64,000 nucleotides of DNA from the IMG/VR virus record IMGVR_UViG_3300021962_000022; one strand, written 5' to 3'. Each line of letters opens with the position of its first letter. The first letter of the stretch is position 1. Both the position numbers and the translations under genes were made by a program. The DNA is from a virus (taxonomy: Duplodnaviria; Caudoviricetes). Shown piece after piece: positions 30,971 through 40,118 of this stretch. Under the pieces are notes generated by a model. That model saw only the letters and a program-made list of their open reading frames with translations. It ran no database searches and was not told the origin of the DNA.

Positions 30971-32746
30971 TTATCTTTTTTTACCAAACAACCATGCGTA
31001 CTGTTGGTAATTTTCTTTTGTTGCGTTATTGGTATGTCTTGGGATACTCGGGTCATTATCCATGGACATTGAACCTATTTGGTCAAAAGCGGTACCGTAA
31101 GAATAAAATGATTTGTTTGGTTCATATGTTCTTTCAGACAAAGTCCATGATTCCAACATTGCTTTATTCGCGTTTTCATTTTTAGTTAATTGACTAAAAG
31201 ATATGTCACCAACATATAAAGCCATAGACATACTCATAATTGCGTCGTCATGTGCTCCTTTCATGTGGTCAGGTCTACCATTTATATAAACAAACGTGTT
31301 TAATTCATTCATTAATCTTGTTGACCTTACTTGAAATCCCTTTCTTAATTGTTCCTCAAATGCCGCGACAATTTGTGTTCTTTTATTGTTAAAGTTTAAT
31401 CCAGGAATTTTCTCCATCGCTTTTGAATTATACTCCCAAATATTCTTGGTATTAATACCATCTATGTAAAGATTTTTGTAGTTTAATTCTTGTAACTTTC
31501 TTGATGTTGCAACACCCATACCTCCTGTAATATCGACAACAATGAATGCCTCATATAAAATACCCCACTTGTATGCGATGGATGCTAAATCATCTGGTGG
31601 TATTTTTCCAATATATTCTGCAACTTGTTCCCTCTCATCAAAATCAATAATATTAATTGATGAAAAGTCTTCACTATCTCCACGGGATACGTCTACACCC
31701 ATAATATACTTGTGACCTTGTATTGGTTCTTTCCATTGCCAAAAGGTACCCTGTATATATTTTTCTTTTGGGTCCCTTATCATGTTTTTAACAATGTTAT
31801 CTTGAACCTCACTAGGAATTACACCATCACCCGAACCTAAAAAATCACACTCTAATTCCTGTGCAATTTTACGTCTATCAAATTTGAATTTTTTAGACAT
31901 GGATTCAAACCATGAAGAAAGTGGTTTATACCCATCCTCTTCATATTGTTTATAATTGGTGATGTCAAAATCGTACATTACAACTTCGTTATCGTCGTAT
32001 TGTTCTCTGTTTAACATATAGTGAACAATATCCGAACACTTAACCCATCTTAAATCTTTTGTGTATCGTGGGTCTTTAAACCATCTTAAATCCGTAATGT
32101 GAAAATCATTAACACCTCTGATTGCTTGGTCATATACACCGTAATAAATCGGGTCAAATCCATTAGGGGTAGAAATTAGAATAATTTTACCGCCCGTTGA
32201 TAATGACGCCATTGATGCCGCCCAAAAATCTTCACCAGCTTCAATATATGCAGCTTCGTCAAATACAAGTATGGTTGGGGTATATCCACGTAACGCGTCC
32301 GCGGATGTTGCCACCGCTTTGACCTCACATCCATTGTTTAATCTAAATCTACTTTCAGAATTCTTATCGGGTGAGAACCCAACATTTAACCAATCAGGCC
32401 ATTGGTCTAAGAAATGTCTAACTTTATTAGCCATTTCGACCGCGGTATCCTTTTTGTTGGCGATAACAAGAACCCTTTCAGGGTTTTCAGGTTTTGCTAA
32501 TTGTAACTTTTTAGAAATCCAAGCAGCGGTTACTGTAGTTACACCCGCCTGTCTATACTTTCTAGTTATATTTTCGTTGTATTGTTCGTAATCTTTGAGT
32601 AACTGAATTTGGTCAGGGAACAACTCTAACGGTACATATTTTTTTTGGGTATTATCATATGTTTGAAGATACGTTTTCAACGCATAGGTTGTATCTTTCA
32701 TTATACGAGCATACTCTTTTAATTGTTCAATTTTTTGATTACTCAT
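30971..32746 (-). CDS. Terminase large subunit, T4 gp17-like
   Basis: YRQAGVTT Walker A, LVFDEAA Walker B, ISTPNG, GVDVSRG and HDDAIM nuclease motifs. Confidence 0.96.
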   Translation of the reverse strand: MSNQKIEQLKEYARIMKDTTYALKTYLQTYDNTQKKYVPLELFPDQIQLLKDYEQYNENITRKYRQAGVTTVTAAWISKKLQLAKPENPERVLVIANKKDTAVEMANKVRHFLDQWPDWLNVGFSPDKNSESRFRLNNGCEVKAVATSADALRGYTPTILVFDEAAYIEAGEDFWAASMASLSTGGKIILISTPNGFDPIYYGVYDQAIRGVNDFHITDLRWFKDPRYTKDLRWVKCSDIVHYMLNREQYDDNEVVMYDFDITNYKQYEEDGYKPLSSWFESMSKKFKFDRRKIAQELECDFLGSGDGVIPSEVQDNIVKNMIRDPKEKYIQGTFWQWKEPIQGHKYIMGVDVSRGDSEDFSSINIIDFDEREQVAEYIGKIPPDDLASIAYKWGILYEAFIVVDITGGMGVATSRKLQELNYKNLYIDGINTKNIWEYNSKAMEKIPGLNFNNKRTQIVAAFEEQLRKGFQVRSTRLMNELNTFVYINGRPDHMKGAHDDAIMSMSMALYVGDISFSQLTKNENANKAMLESWTLSERTYEPNKSFYSYGTAFDQIGSMSMDNDPSIPRHTNNATKENYQQYAWLFGKKR

Positions 32747-32760
32747 ATATATAAATATGA

Positions 32761-32785
32761 AAAAGGGTGGTTAAAACCACCCTTT
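32761..32785. terminator. Hairpin between ORF 32795 and terminase
   Basis: AAAGGGTGG-TTAAAA-CCACCCTTT perfect inverted repeat. Confidence 0.7.
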
Positions 32786-32794
32786 AGTATTATT

Positions 32795-34144
32795 TTAAGA
32801 TGTTGGACCCTCAGGGTCTTCATCATCATCTGAGAATCTAATACCTATATCTCCTAAGAAACCTCTTAAATCATCATCACTTATATCGTCACTCACTTGT
32901 TCTAAGTCTTCATTAAACCTTGACATTGCGTCTTGGTAATCTTGATTTTTTAACATTTGGTCAATTCCTTGTAACAATTCTCCCATAAATCTTTTTCCGT
33001 TTTCGGAACCCGATAATACTTCTTTGGTGAAAACCAAAAATTCTTTAGCCGGTAATTTGAAAATACTAACTAAAAGGTAGTTTTGTAATTCAAATTTAGT
33101 TTCATCAACTAAAATTTCTTCAGGGAATTGTCTTCTCATTCTTTCCCAAATTGCTGGACCTAATCTCAAATCCCATATTTCTTTTTCTAAAGTATCTTCA
33201 GATTGTTCAACTTCAGACCATCTTGGGTCTTCATTACCTTGTTCATCCTTAGGTCTACCTTGAATGGCGAATAATTCTAAAACTCCTTTAATTAATTCGT
33301 GAACTAATATTGGGAAGTTAATACCCCGAGCAACAATGGTTGGTGGTGTAGTATTTCTTCTAACTTCTTGTTTACCACCTACACTTCCGCCACCACCAGC
33401 TCCACCCATCATCATTTTCATGGTGTCATCACTTAATTGCCAATATAATGTGTCATTTACTGACATTAATATCCCATATTGATTAAGTAGAGTTTCTGAA
33501 CCGGTGATTTCTCTAATTTTATCTGCAACAAAATGATACATGTAGTGACCTTTTTTAGATGCCCCTTGTATCATACTATTGATTAATCTTCTTTTTGCCT
33601 TTTCTAAATTTAAAACACTTAAATCATCAGATAAATCTTGTTCAATGTCAACAGGTTCCATGTTAGGTTCTTCTTGCATTTCTCTGTTGAAATTCGAAGT
33701 ATCTATTTGACCAACACCAACAATTTTAGCATCGAATTGTAATCTACCTTCAGGTATAGACATTTCTCTTTTTACCAATTCTATTGCCAATTGTTCAAGC
33801 GCTTCTTTATGTGCCGCTTCTGTTTGAATAATCTCATTGTGAGCTCCCATCATCATTTGTGCAAGTGGCATTACACCACGTTCACCTGACATAGGAGTTT
33901 GAACACCTGTGTATTCTCTTACTTTAGCAACAACTTGTCTATATCTTTCTGAAGCCAATAATTCTTGGAAATTCTTATTAGGTTCATCCCCTGTTTGTGG
34001 TAGTGGTACCTTTTTTAAAGGTGTGTCACCTTGAGCTAATTTATCTTGTAACCCTTGGAAAGGTCTATCCTCTGTATCAAAATCCATTGGCATTTCATTA
34101 ATATCTTCCATTAAAGATATTAAATCTTTTTTTGTAAATCTCAT
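32795..34144 (-). CDS. Hypothetical protein
   Basis: 449-aa helical ORF upstream of terminase. Confidence 0.8.
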   Translation of the reverse strand: MRFTKKDLISLMEDINEMPMDFDTEDRPFQGLQDKLAQGDTPLKKVPLPQTGDEPNKNFQELLASERYRQVVAKVREYTGVQTPMSGERGVMPLAQMMMGAHNEIIQTEAAHKEALEQLAIELVKREMSIPEGRLQFDAKIVGVGQIDTSNFNREMQEEPNMEPVDIEQDLSDDLSVLNLEKAKRRLINSMIQGASKKGHYMYHFVADKIREITGSETLLNQYGILMSVNDTLYWQLSDDTMKMMMGGAGGGGSVGGKQEVRRNTTPPTIVARGINFPILVHELIKGVLELFAIQGRPKDEQGNEDPRWSEVEQSEDTLEKEIWDLRLGPAIWERMRRQFPEEILVDETKFELQNYLLVSIFKLPAKEFLVFTKEVLSGSENGKRFMGELLQGIDQMLKNQDYQDAMSRFNEDLEQVSDDISDDDLRGFLGDIGIRFSDDDEDPEGPTS

Positions 34145-34761
34145 TTTGATATTTTTTTCTTTTCTGCTAATGCCTTTGGTTTTGGGTCAGTACCCGGACC
34201 TGGCTCATACGGGTCTATAGTTGGTTTTTCAGGTGTCTTTGGTTTGGTTGGGGTATCTACATCAGGTTTAGTTTCAGCGGGTGTTGGTTGTGACGCCACG
34301 ATTGCATCATATGACATAAACTCAGGAACACCATTGTGACCTTTACGTGCTTTACTTTTTGGCATTGGTTGGAACGTTTCCCCAACTTTTTCATTTATAA
34401 CACCCATGATGTCTTTTTTTGATGTAAAGTGAGAATACTTTGATTCTGCTAAATCTAGAACCCATTCTTCAATTTCTTGAGATTTGTTTTCTTTGTGTTT
34501 TTTATCTTTACACTTACAATCTTTCATTCCACAAACGGAACAAACTTTTGTTTTATTTTTTTCTGTTAATTGGACATTGAATCCAGCATCTGTATATTTT
34601 TTAACTTCAGCAGGAGACGTTGTTTTTTTCATCATAACAGAACCCACCTCTTTTAAAACGGTATTTGAAAGTGTTATGAGTTCGTTATCACTTAAACGAG
34701 AAAGAGTCTTATCTGAAAACCCTTCCATAACTAATTTTTCGATGATTAATTTTCTATTCAT
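34141..34761 (-). CDS. Hypothetical protein
   Basis: 206 aa with CSVCGMKDCKC and a Pro-rich C-terminus. Confidence 0.7.
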   Translation of the reverse strand: MNRKLIIEKLVMEGFSDKTLSRLSDNELITLSNTVLKEVGSVMMKKTTSPAEVKKYTDAGFNVQLTEKNKTKVCSVCGMKDCKCKDKKHKENKSQEIEEWVLDLAESKYSHFTSKKDIMGVINEKVGETFQPMPKSKARKGHNGVPEFMSYDAIVASQPTPAETKPDVDTPTKPKTPEKPTIDPYEPGPGTDPKPKALAEKKKISK

Positions 34762-35159
34762 GATTCTTTGAATTTTATTGATTTTTTCTCAAGAGTAAAA
34801 TTCCTCTCTTTTAATTTTTTTGAAACATTTTCATATGATTCACCAAAACGGAAAAACAATCTATCTTCTTCTAAATCAAAATTTGATTTTTCCCAAGCCA
34901 TAGCGATTATTCCGTCCACAGCATCAATAACACCGAAATAGTCAGAATTTTGTATCAATTCAAAAACTATGTCGGTGTCTTTTAAGAGACCTACTTGGTC
35001 AATATATTCTATGTTTGGTGATTTTGGTGTAGATGTAGAAGATGCTGGTACGTCAAACCATTCGTCCATGTCTATCTCAGTAGATTCACTAAAAATGAAT
35101 TCATACTGTTTTTGACCCTTATAATCGGTTCCGATTTCGTTGACATATATCAGTCTCAT
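34758..35159 (-). CDS. Hypothetical protein
   Basis: 133-aa ORF, coupled to its neighbours. Confidence 0.7.
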   Translation of the reverse strand: MRLIYVNEIGTDYKGQKQYEFIFSESTEIDMDEWFDVPASSTSTPKSPNIEYIDQVGLLKDTDIVFELIQNSDYFGVIDAVDGIIAMAWEKSNFDLEEDRLFFRFGESYENVSKKLKERNFTLEKKSIKFKES

Positions 35160-36188
35160 TTACTTAAAGTATTTACCCAGTGTTTCAGATATACTTTTGT
35201 TGATTTCTTTCTTTATTTCGTCTAAATCAATCTCTTTAACATCATCATTACCTAAATCAGCGTATTTTGATAAATCGATTTCTTCTTCGGTTGACATTGG
35301 TGTATTAATAAATGTTTCCAATTTATCCATTACATCCATTTCACCTAAATCTCCCTCATCTCCTGTTGGTTCTGCGGGTGTAGTATCATCATCAGCGGGT
35401 ACATCTGGCATATCATCAGACATATCTGCGTCGTCTTCGATTTCTCTATCGAATTTTTTACCAATTTCTTCAATATCTTCATCATCAAGTTTATCCAAGT
35501 CAACAGCGGAAATAATCATATTCAAAACGTATTTGATATCATCACTTTCCATTTTTTCTTTTTGGTCTCTTAATTCTTGGCCAAGTTTACCTGAATATTT
35601 TTGAATTTCGGACATGTAATCAGATGGTTTAGCACCGCCCATATCTCCTTCGTCACCCATATCTGTTTCATCTGATGGTGGAACATCCCCACCCATTTCA
35701 GGTGCAGGAGGAACATCACCACCCATGTCAGGTGCGGGTGCTGGTGGAACATCCCCACCCATTTCAGGTGCAGGAGGAACATCACCACCCATGTCAGGTG
35801 CGGGTACAGGAGCTTCATTTGCTTGTCCTGAATTTTGTTTTAAAACATATTTTGTTGCTTCATTAAGTTCACCACCAGATAATAGTTGTAATCTTTTTAA
35901 TGCCTCAGCGTATGAATTAAATCTATTTTTATTTTTCATGAAAAGACCACCAATGTAGTCTAATGAACTTTCATTTAACCCTTTTTTTACGTAATATCCA
36001 TCTTTCTCCTTAACAATACCAAATTTAGACCCATTCACTGATTCTGATAGATATTCGGTTTTTGATGTTAATGTTTGATTTGATGTAGTTGATTTTTTAT
36101 CACTACCGTAATAGGTTAACTCAAGGATACGCTTCAATTTGTCGTCTCCGTTAAGTTTTTCGCTTCCTAGTGGTTTTAAATCTGCCAT
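35160..36188 (-). CDS. Hypothetical acidic protein with Pro/Gly-rich repeats
   Basis: 342 aa; PDMGGDVPPAPEMGGDVPP repeats. Confidence 0.75.
   Translation of the reverse strand: MADLKPLGSEKLNGDDKLKRILELTYYGSDKKSTTSNQTLTSKTEYLSESVNGSKFGIVKEKDGYYVKKGLNESSLDYIGGLFMKNKNRFNSYAEALKRLQLLSGGELNEATKYVLKQNSGQANEAPVPAPDMGGDVPPAPEMGGDVPPAPAPDMGGDVPPAPEMGGDVPPSDETDMGDEGDMGGAKPSDYMSEIQKYSGKLGQELRDQKEKMESDDIKYVLNMIISAVDLDKLDDEDIEEIGKKFDREIEDDADMSDDMPDVPADDDTTPAEPTGDEGDLGEMDVMDKLETFINTPMSTEEEIDLSKYADLGNDDVKEIDLDEIKKEINKSISETLGKYFK
35676..35805. repeat. Exact 64-nt tandem duplication (period 66) inside ORF 35160-36188
   Basis: tggtggaacatcccc...tcaggtgcgggt at 35676-35739 and 35742-35805. Confidence 0.9.
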
Positions 36189-36262
36189 TTGTTTAAATGT
36201 TGATAATTATATTATTCTTGTATCCTATAAATACATGCATATAGTAAAAAAAATTATTCTAT

Positions 36263-37048
36263 TTACTGTGGTAGGGACAATTTTTTATTTCTGACCTTTG
36301 TTTTTATATCAAATAACTTTTCGATGTAACCATTTCTTCGTAATAACTTGAAAGTTAAATTTTCATACGAATATTCACCACCCACTTCTAATCCAGTTTG
36401 TCTGAACTTCTTTAACTTACTTTTTAGTTCATCTACTTGTTTTATAACGTCATTACCTTCTTCAGCACTTTTTTCCAAACTGTCGATTAGTTTACCATAT
36501 TCTTCACTCTTCTCAAGGATTTTCTTATCGTCTAAGTCAAATGCAGATTCTATTTGTTTAGGTTCAACAACCCAATCATTATTTAAAATAGAATAAACAC
36601 CCGTTGATACACCAGGAGAATCGATGTCTTGAACATAAAACTCCACTTCAAAACCTTTTACAGTGATATCATTTGATGCTGCCCATGATTTTTTCTTAAG
36701 TTCAAAAAACTCTTTTATTATTTCGTGAAAAACAATAGAATTTGATTTTGCAGAATCAAACTCATCTATATCAACTAATATGTGGATATCTAAATCAGAA
36801 TAATTAGACCAATTATAGTTCGCTAATGAACCTGTAAAATGGATATCGTAAATAAAAAAATCAATACCGATAAAATCAAGAAATGAGTTGGTGATTTCTA
36901 AAAGTTTCTCTCTTATTTCTTCTTTTATAACATAAGAATTTTTTGTCTTATTAAAAATTTCCAATGATAGTGAATCCTTAGGTATAAAGGATTTCATTAT
37001 TTCTTTATCTTTTTCAATATCTTCAATAAATTCTCTATAATTTTTCAT
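36263..37048 (-). CDS. Pol-beta-superfamily nucleotidyltransferase-like protein
   Basis: TGSLANYNWSNYSDLDIHI = GS-x(n)-DxD; third acidic site in VEFYVQD. Confidence 0.75.
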   Translation of the reverse strand: MKNYREFIEDIEKDKEIMKSFIPKDSLSLEIFNKTKNSYVIKEEIREKLLEITNSFLDFIGIDFFIYDIHFTGSLANYNWSNYSDLDIHILVDIDEFDSAKSNSIVFHEIIKEFFELKKKSWAASNDITVKGFEVEFYVQDIDSPGVSTGVYSILNNDWVVEPKQIESAFDLDDKKILEKSEEYGKLIDSLEKSAEEGNDVIKQVDELKSKLKKFRQTGLEVGGEYSYENLTFKLLRRNGYIEKLFDIKTKVRNKKLSLPQ

Positions 37049-37290
37049 TTTATCTTTTTGTATTTAAAACTTCTTGAAATGTTTGCGTTAAAATGTTTAC
37101 CCTGTGATTCCGCTTTCTTAAAATCTGTAAACACCTCTAACGGCACTTTTTCATATTCATAAATAGAGCCGTTGTTAAATTCAATCATAAGATTGTTGTC
37201 TTCGGTATTGAAAACCGCTCTACCGATATTTGAAGATGTTACTACCACCTCAATTAAGTTACCTTCCGTTTTTTCTAAAATAATCGCCAT
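37045..37290 (-). CDS. KTSC-domain protein
   Basis: SSNI..AVF....L.IEFNNGSIYEY..VP..VF..F..AESQGKHFNANI. Confidence 0.88.
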   Translation of the reverse strand: MAIILEKTEGNLIEVVVTSSNIGRAVFNTEDNNLMIEFNNGSIYEYEKVPLEVFTDFKKAESQGKHFNANISRSFKYKKIK

Positions 37291-37495
37291 AATTTTTTTA
37301 GATATTATTATACATAATAAATATCAAATAAAAAACCCCGAGCAACACATCTTCTATTTTTTGAGTATGTTTGTAAAGAACATATTCTGTTGAGACGTTT
37401 TAGACAATATGTCATTTTTATTTTTATACAATTGAAAAAATGTCATTGTTTGTTTTTACGGGATATATTTTGTATACTTAAAGAAAATAATTCAG

Positions 37496-39514
37496 ATGTC
37501 AGTAGATTTTTTCGAAGAAGGAAATGTTTCCAACCCTAAAAAGACAAGAAAGGGTTCTACCACCCCTATCCTTGATAATTTTTCAAGGGATTTAAACAAA
37601 ATGGTTGAAGAAGGTAAAATTGACCCCGTCATTGGTAGAGATAGTGAGGTTAAGAGAATTGCTCAGATTTTATCTCGTAAAAAGAAAAACAATGTTGTAA
37701 TAGTTGGTGATGCTGGTGTGGGTAAATCCGCTTTAGTTGAAAAGTTGGCACAACTAATCATTAAAGGTGATTGTCCGTCGAATCTTTTAGATAAAAGAAT
37801 CGTATCACTTGATTTAACATCATTAGTTGCGGGTACCAAGTATAGAGGTCAATTTGAAGAAAGAATCAAAGCGATATTGAATGAATTACAAAATGAACCC
37901 AATGTCATTGTCTTCATTGATGAAATACATACAATGGTTGGTGCGGGTAATGCCAGTGGTTCAATGGATGCTGCGAATATCATGAAACCCGCGTTAGCAA
38001 GAGGTGAAATTCAATGTATTGGGGCAACCACTTTTGATGAATTTAAAAAACACATTGAAAAAGATGGTGCGTTAGTTAGAAGGTTTCAAAAAATAATTTT
38101 AAAAGAACCAACTAAAGAAGAAACGGTACAAATTTTAAATAATTTGAAAGACTCGTACCAAAGTTTCCACAAGGTATTTTATGAACCGAATGTATTTGAA
38201 ACAATCGTTAACCTCTCATCAAGATTTATTACGGATAGACAATTCCCTGATAAGGCGATTGACGTAATGGACGAACTTGGTTCAGATAAAAAAATTAACA
38301 CTAAAATTCCTGAAGTTTTAGAAAAACTTAAAAAAGATTCCGATGAATTAAAGGAAAGAAAAATACAAGTTGTTAAAAGTCAAAACTACGAACAGGCGGC
38401 AAAATTGAGAGATGAGGAAAGAAAGATATTGAGTAGGTTGGATGAAGAGAAGAAAAAATGGTTGGAAAAACAAAAGGATAACAAGACGCCAGTAACAGTA
38501 GATGATGTTTATGATATTATCTCACAAATGACAGGTGTCCCACTTTCTAAGATTGATGAAAGAGAAACATCAAACTTACTAAGTTTAGAAGAGAAGTTAA
38601 AATCAAAGGTAATTGGACAAGATGACGCCATTTCAATCATTTCAAAAGCGATTAGAAGAAATAGAGTTGGAATCAAAGACACAAATAAACCTATTGGTTC
38701 ATTTATCTTCTTAGGGTCAACAGGTGTTGGTAAAACATATTTAGCAAAATCAATCGCTGAAATTTTATTTGGAGACCCCGACAAAGTTGTGCGTGTAGAT
38801 ATGAGTGAGTACATGGAAAAACACAATGTTGCAAAATTAATCGGTTCTCCTCCGGGATATGTTGGTTATGATGAGGGTGGACAATTAACCGAAAAAATAA
38901 AGAACAATCCATTCTCAGTTGTTTTGTTTGATGAGGTTGAGAAGGCACACAAAGATGTGTTTAACATTTTACTTCAAATCTTGGATGAGGGTCACTTAAC
39001 CGATTCATTTGGTAGAAAGGTTAACTTTACAAATACAATTGTGATTATGACATCAAACATCGGTGCAAAAAAAGTGTCCGAGTTTGGTAAAGGTGTTGGA
39101 TTTGATTCCTCATCGTCTAACAGTCAAAATTTTGAAGTTAAAAAATCCATTGTACAAAAATCTTTGAAGCAACATTTTAATCCTGAGTTTTTAAATAGGG
39201 TTGACGATATTATCAGTTTCAATTCATTGGACAAAGACGTTATCAAAAAAATCATTGGAATTGAATTGAATAAATTAGTTGTGAGATTGAAGGATAAGAA
39301 TTTCAAGATTTCATTTGATAAAACAATCATTGAAAGGATTTCAGAACTCAACACTCAAGAAGATTATGGAGCAAGACCAATTAAAAGAATCATTCAAAAT
39401 CTCTGTGAGGACTTTTTGAGTGATTCAATTTTAAAGGGTGACATCAAAGAAAATGAAACCATAACTTTAAAATTTAAAGATGGTGAAATAAAAATTTTTA
39501 AAAAAAAGGTCTAA
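37496..39514 (+). CDS. ClpC/ClpB-type double AAA+ ATPase lacking the N-terminal Clp repeat domain
   Basis: DPVIGR, GDAGVGKS, FIDEIH, GSTGVGKT, LFDEVEKAH, GARP; only ~20 aa precede NBD1. Confidence 0.93.
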   Translation: MSVDFFEEGNVSNPKKTRKGSTTPILDNFSRDLNKMVEEGKIDPVIGRDSEVKRIAQILSRKKKNNVVIVGDAGVGKSALVEKLAQLIIKGDCPSNLLDKRIVSLDLTSLVAGTKYRGQFEERIKAILNELQNEPNVIVFIDEIHTMVGAGNASGSMDAANIMKPALARGEIQCIGATTFDEFKKHIEKDGALVRRFQKIILKEPTKEETVQILNNLKDSYQSFHKVFYEPNVFETIVNLSSRFITDRQFPDKAIDVMDELGSDKKINTKIPEVLEKLKKDSDELKERKIQVVKSQNYEQAAKLRDEERKILSRLDEEKKKWLEKQKDNKTPVTVDDVYDIISQMTGVPLSKIDERETSNLLSLEEKLKSKVIGQDDAISIISKAIRRNRVGIKDTNKPIGSFIFLGSTGVGKTYLAKSIAEILFGDPDKVVRVDMSEYMEKHNVAKLIGSPPGYVGYDEGGQLTEKIKNNPFSVVLFDEVEKAHKDVFNILLQILDEGHLTDSFGRKVNFTNTIVIMTSNIGAKKVSEFGKGVGFDSSSSNSQNFEVKKSIVQKSLKQHFNPEFLNRVDDIISFNSLDKDVIKKIIGIELNKLVVRLKDKNFKISFDKTIIERISELNTQEDYGARPIKRIIQNLCEDFLSDSILKGDIKENETITLKFKDGEIKIFKKKV

Positions 39515-39551
39515 ATATTCATACTTTTTAAAAAAACATATATATTTATAT

Positions 39552-39652
39552 TCACACAGGACATCTTTGCCGATTTCCTCTCGTTTTATAGTCTGTGGTG
39601 TTGAAACCACAAAATGACCACAAACCCCCGACTCACCGTTGGGGGTTTTTTA
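39552..39652 (+). ncRNA. Candidate ~100-nt small RNA
   Basis: TATTTATA at 39543-39550, hairpins AGGA/TCCT and GTGGT/ACCAC, and a terminator at 39622-39651; no ORF. Confidence 0.5.
39622..39651 (+). terminator. Rho-independent terminator
   Basis: AAACCCCCGA-CTCACCG-TTGGGGGTTT plus T run. Confidence 0.85.
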
Positions 39653-39654
39653 TT

Positions 39655-39686
39655 TTTGGTATTCTAAAAATAATTGTATATATTTG
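39655..39686 (+). promoter_or_regulatory. Bacteroidota sigma70-type promoter for the RNA-repair genes
   Basis: TTTG (39655-58), 20-nt spacer, TATATTTG (39679-86). Confidence 0.7.
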
Positions 39687-39704
39687 TGATAAAATAATCT
39701 TAAA

Positions 39705-40118
39705 ATGGAATATACAAAAGATTTGATACTTGTTCGTGGTATCCCTGGCTCGGGTAAATCAACTTTGGGTGAGGTAATCCTATACATCCCAAACAACCCG
39801 TTGAAACCTTTATCTGCGGATGATTACTTTATGGATAAAGAGGGTAACTACAATTTCGACCCAACAAAAATTAGGGAAGCTCACAACGACTGCCAACAAA
39901 GATGTGCAAACCTGATGATGAATTCAGTTGTTAGGGTTGTAGTTTCAAATACATTTACACAAGAATGGGAAATGGAACCATATTTTGAAATGGCTCGTAG
40001 ATATGGTTATAGAGTCCACACTGTTATTGTTGAAAATAGACATGGTGGGTCTAACGTTCATGGTGTTCCTGAGGACAAATTAGAAATAATGAAAAATCGA
40101 TTTGAGGTCAAGTTGTGA
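39705..40118 (+). CDS. P-loop kinase (AAA_33 / polynucleotide kinase-like)
   Basis: LVRGIPGSGKST, SADDYF, VVVSNTF, NVHGVP. Confidence 0.85.
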   Translation: MEYTKDLILVRGIPGSGKSTLGEVILYIPNNPLKPLSADDYFMDKEGNYNFDPTKIREAHNDCQQRCANLMMNSVVRVVVSNTFTQEWEMEPYFEMARRYGYRVHTVIVENRHGGSNVHGVPEDKLEIMKNRFEVKL

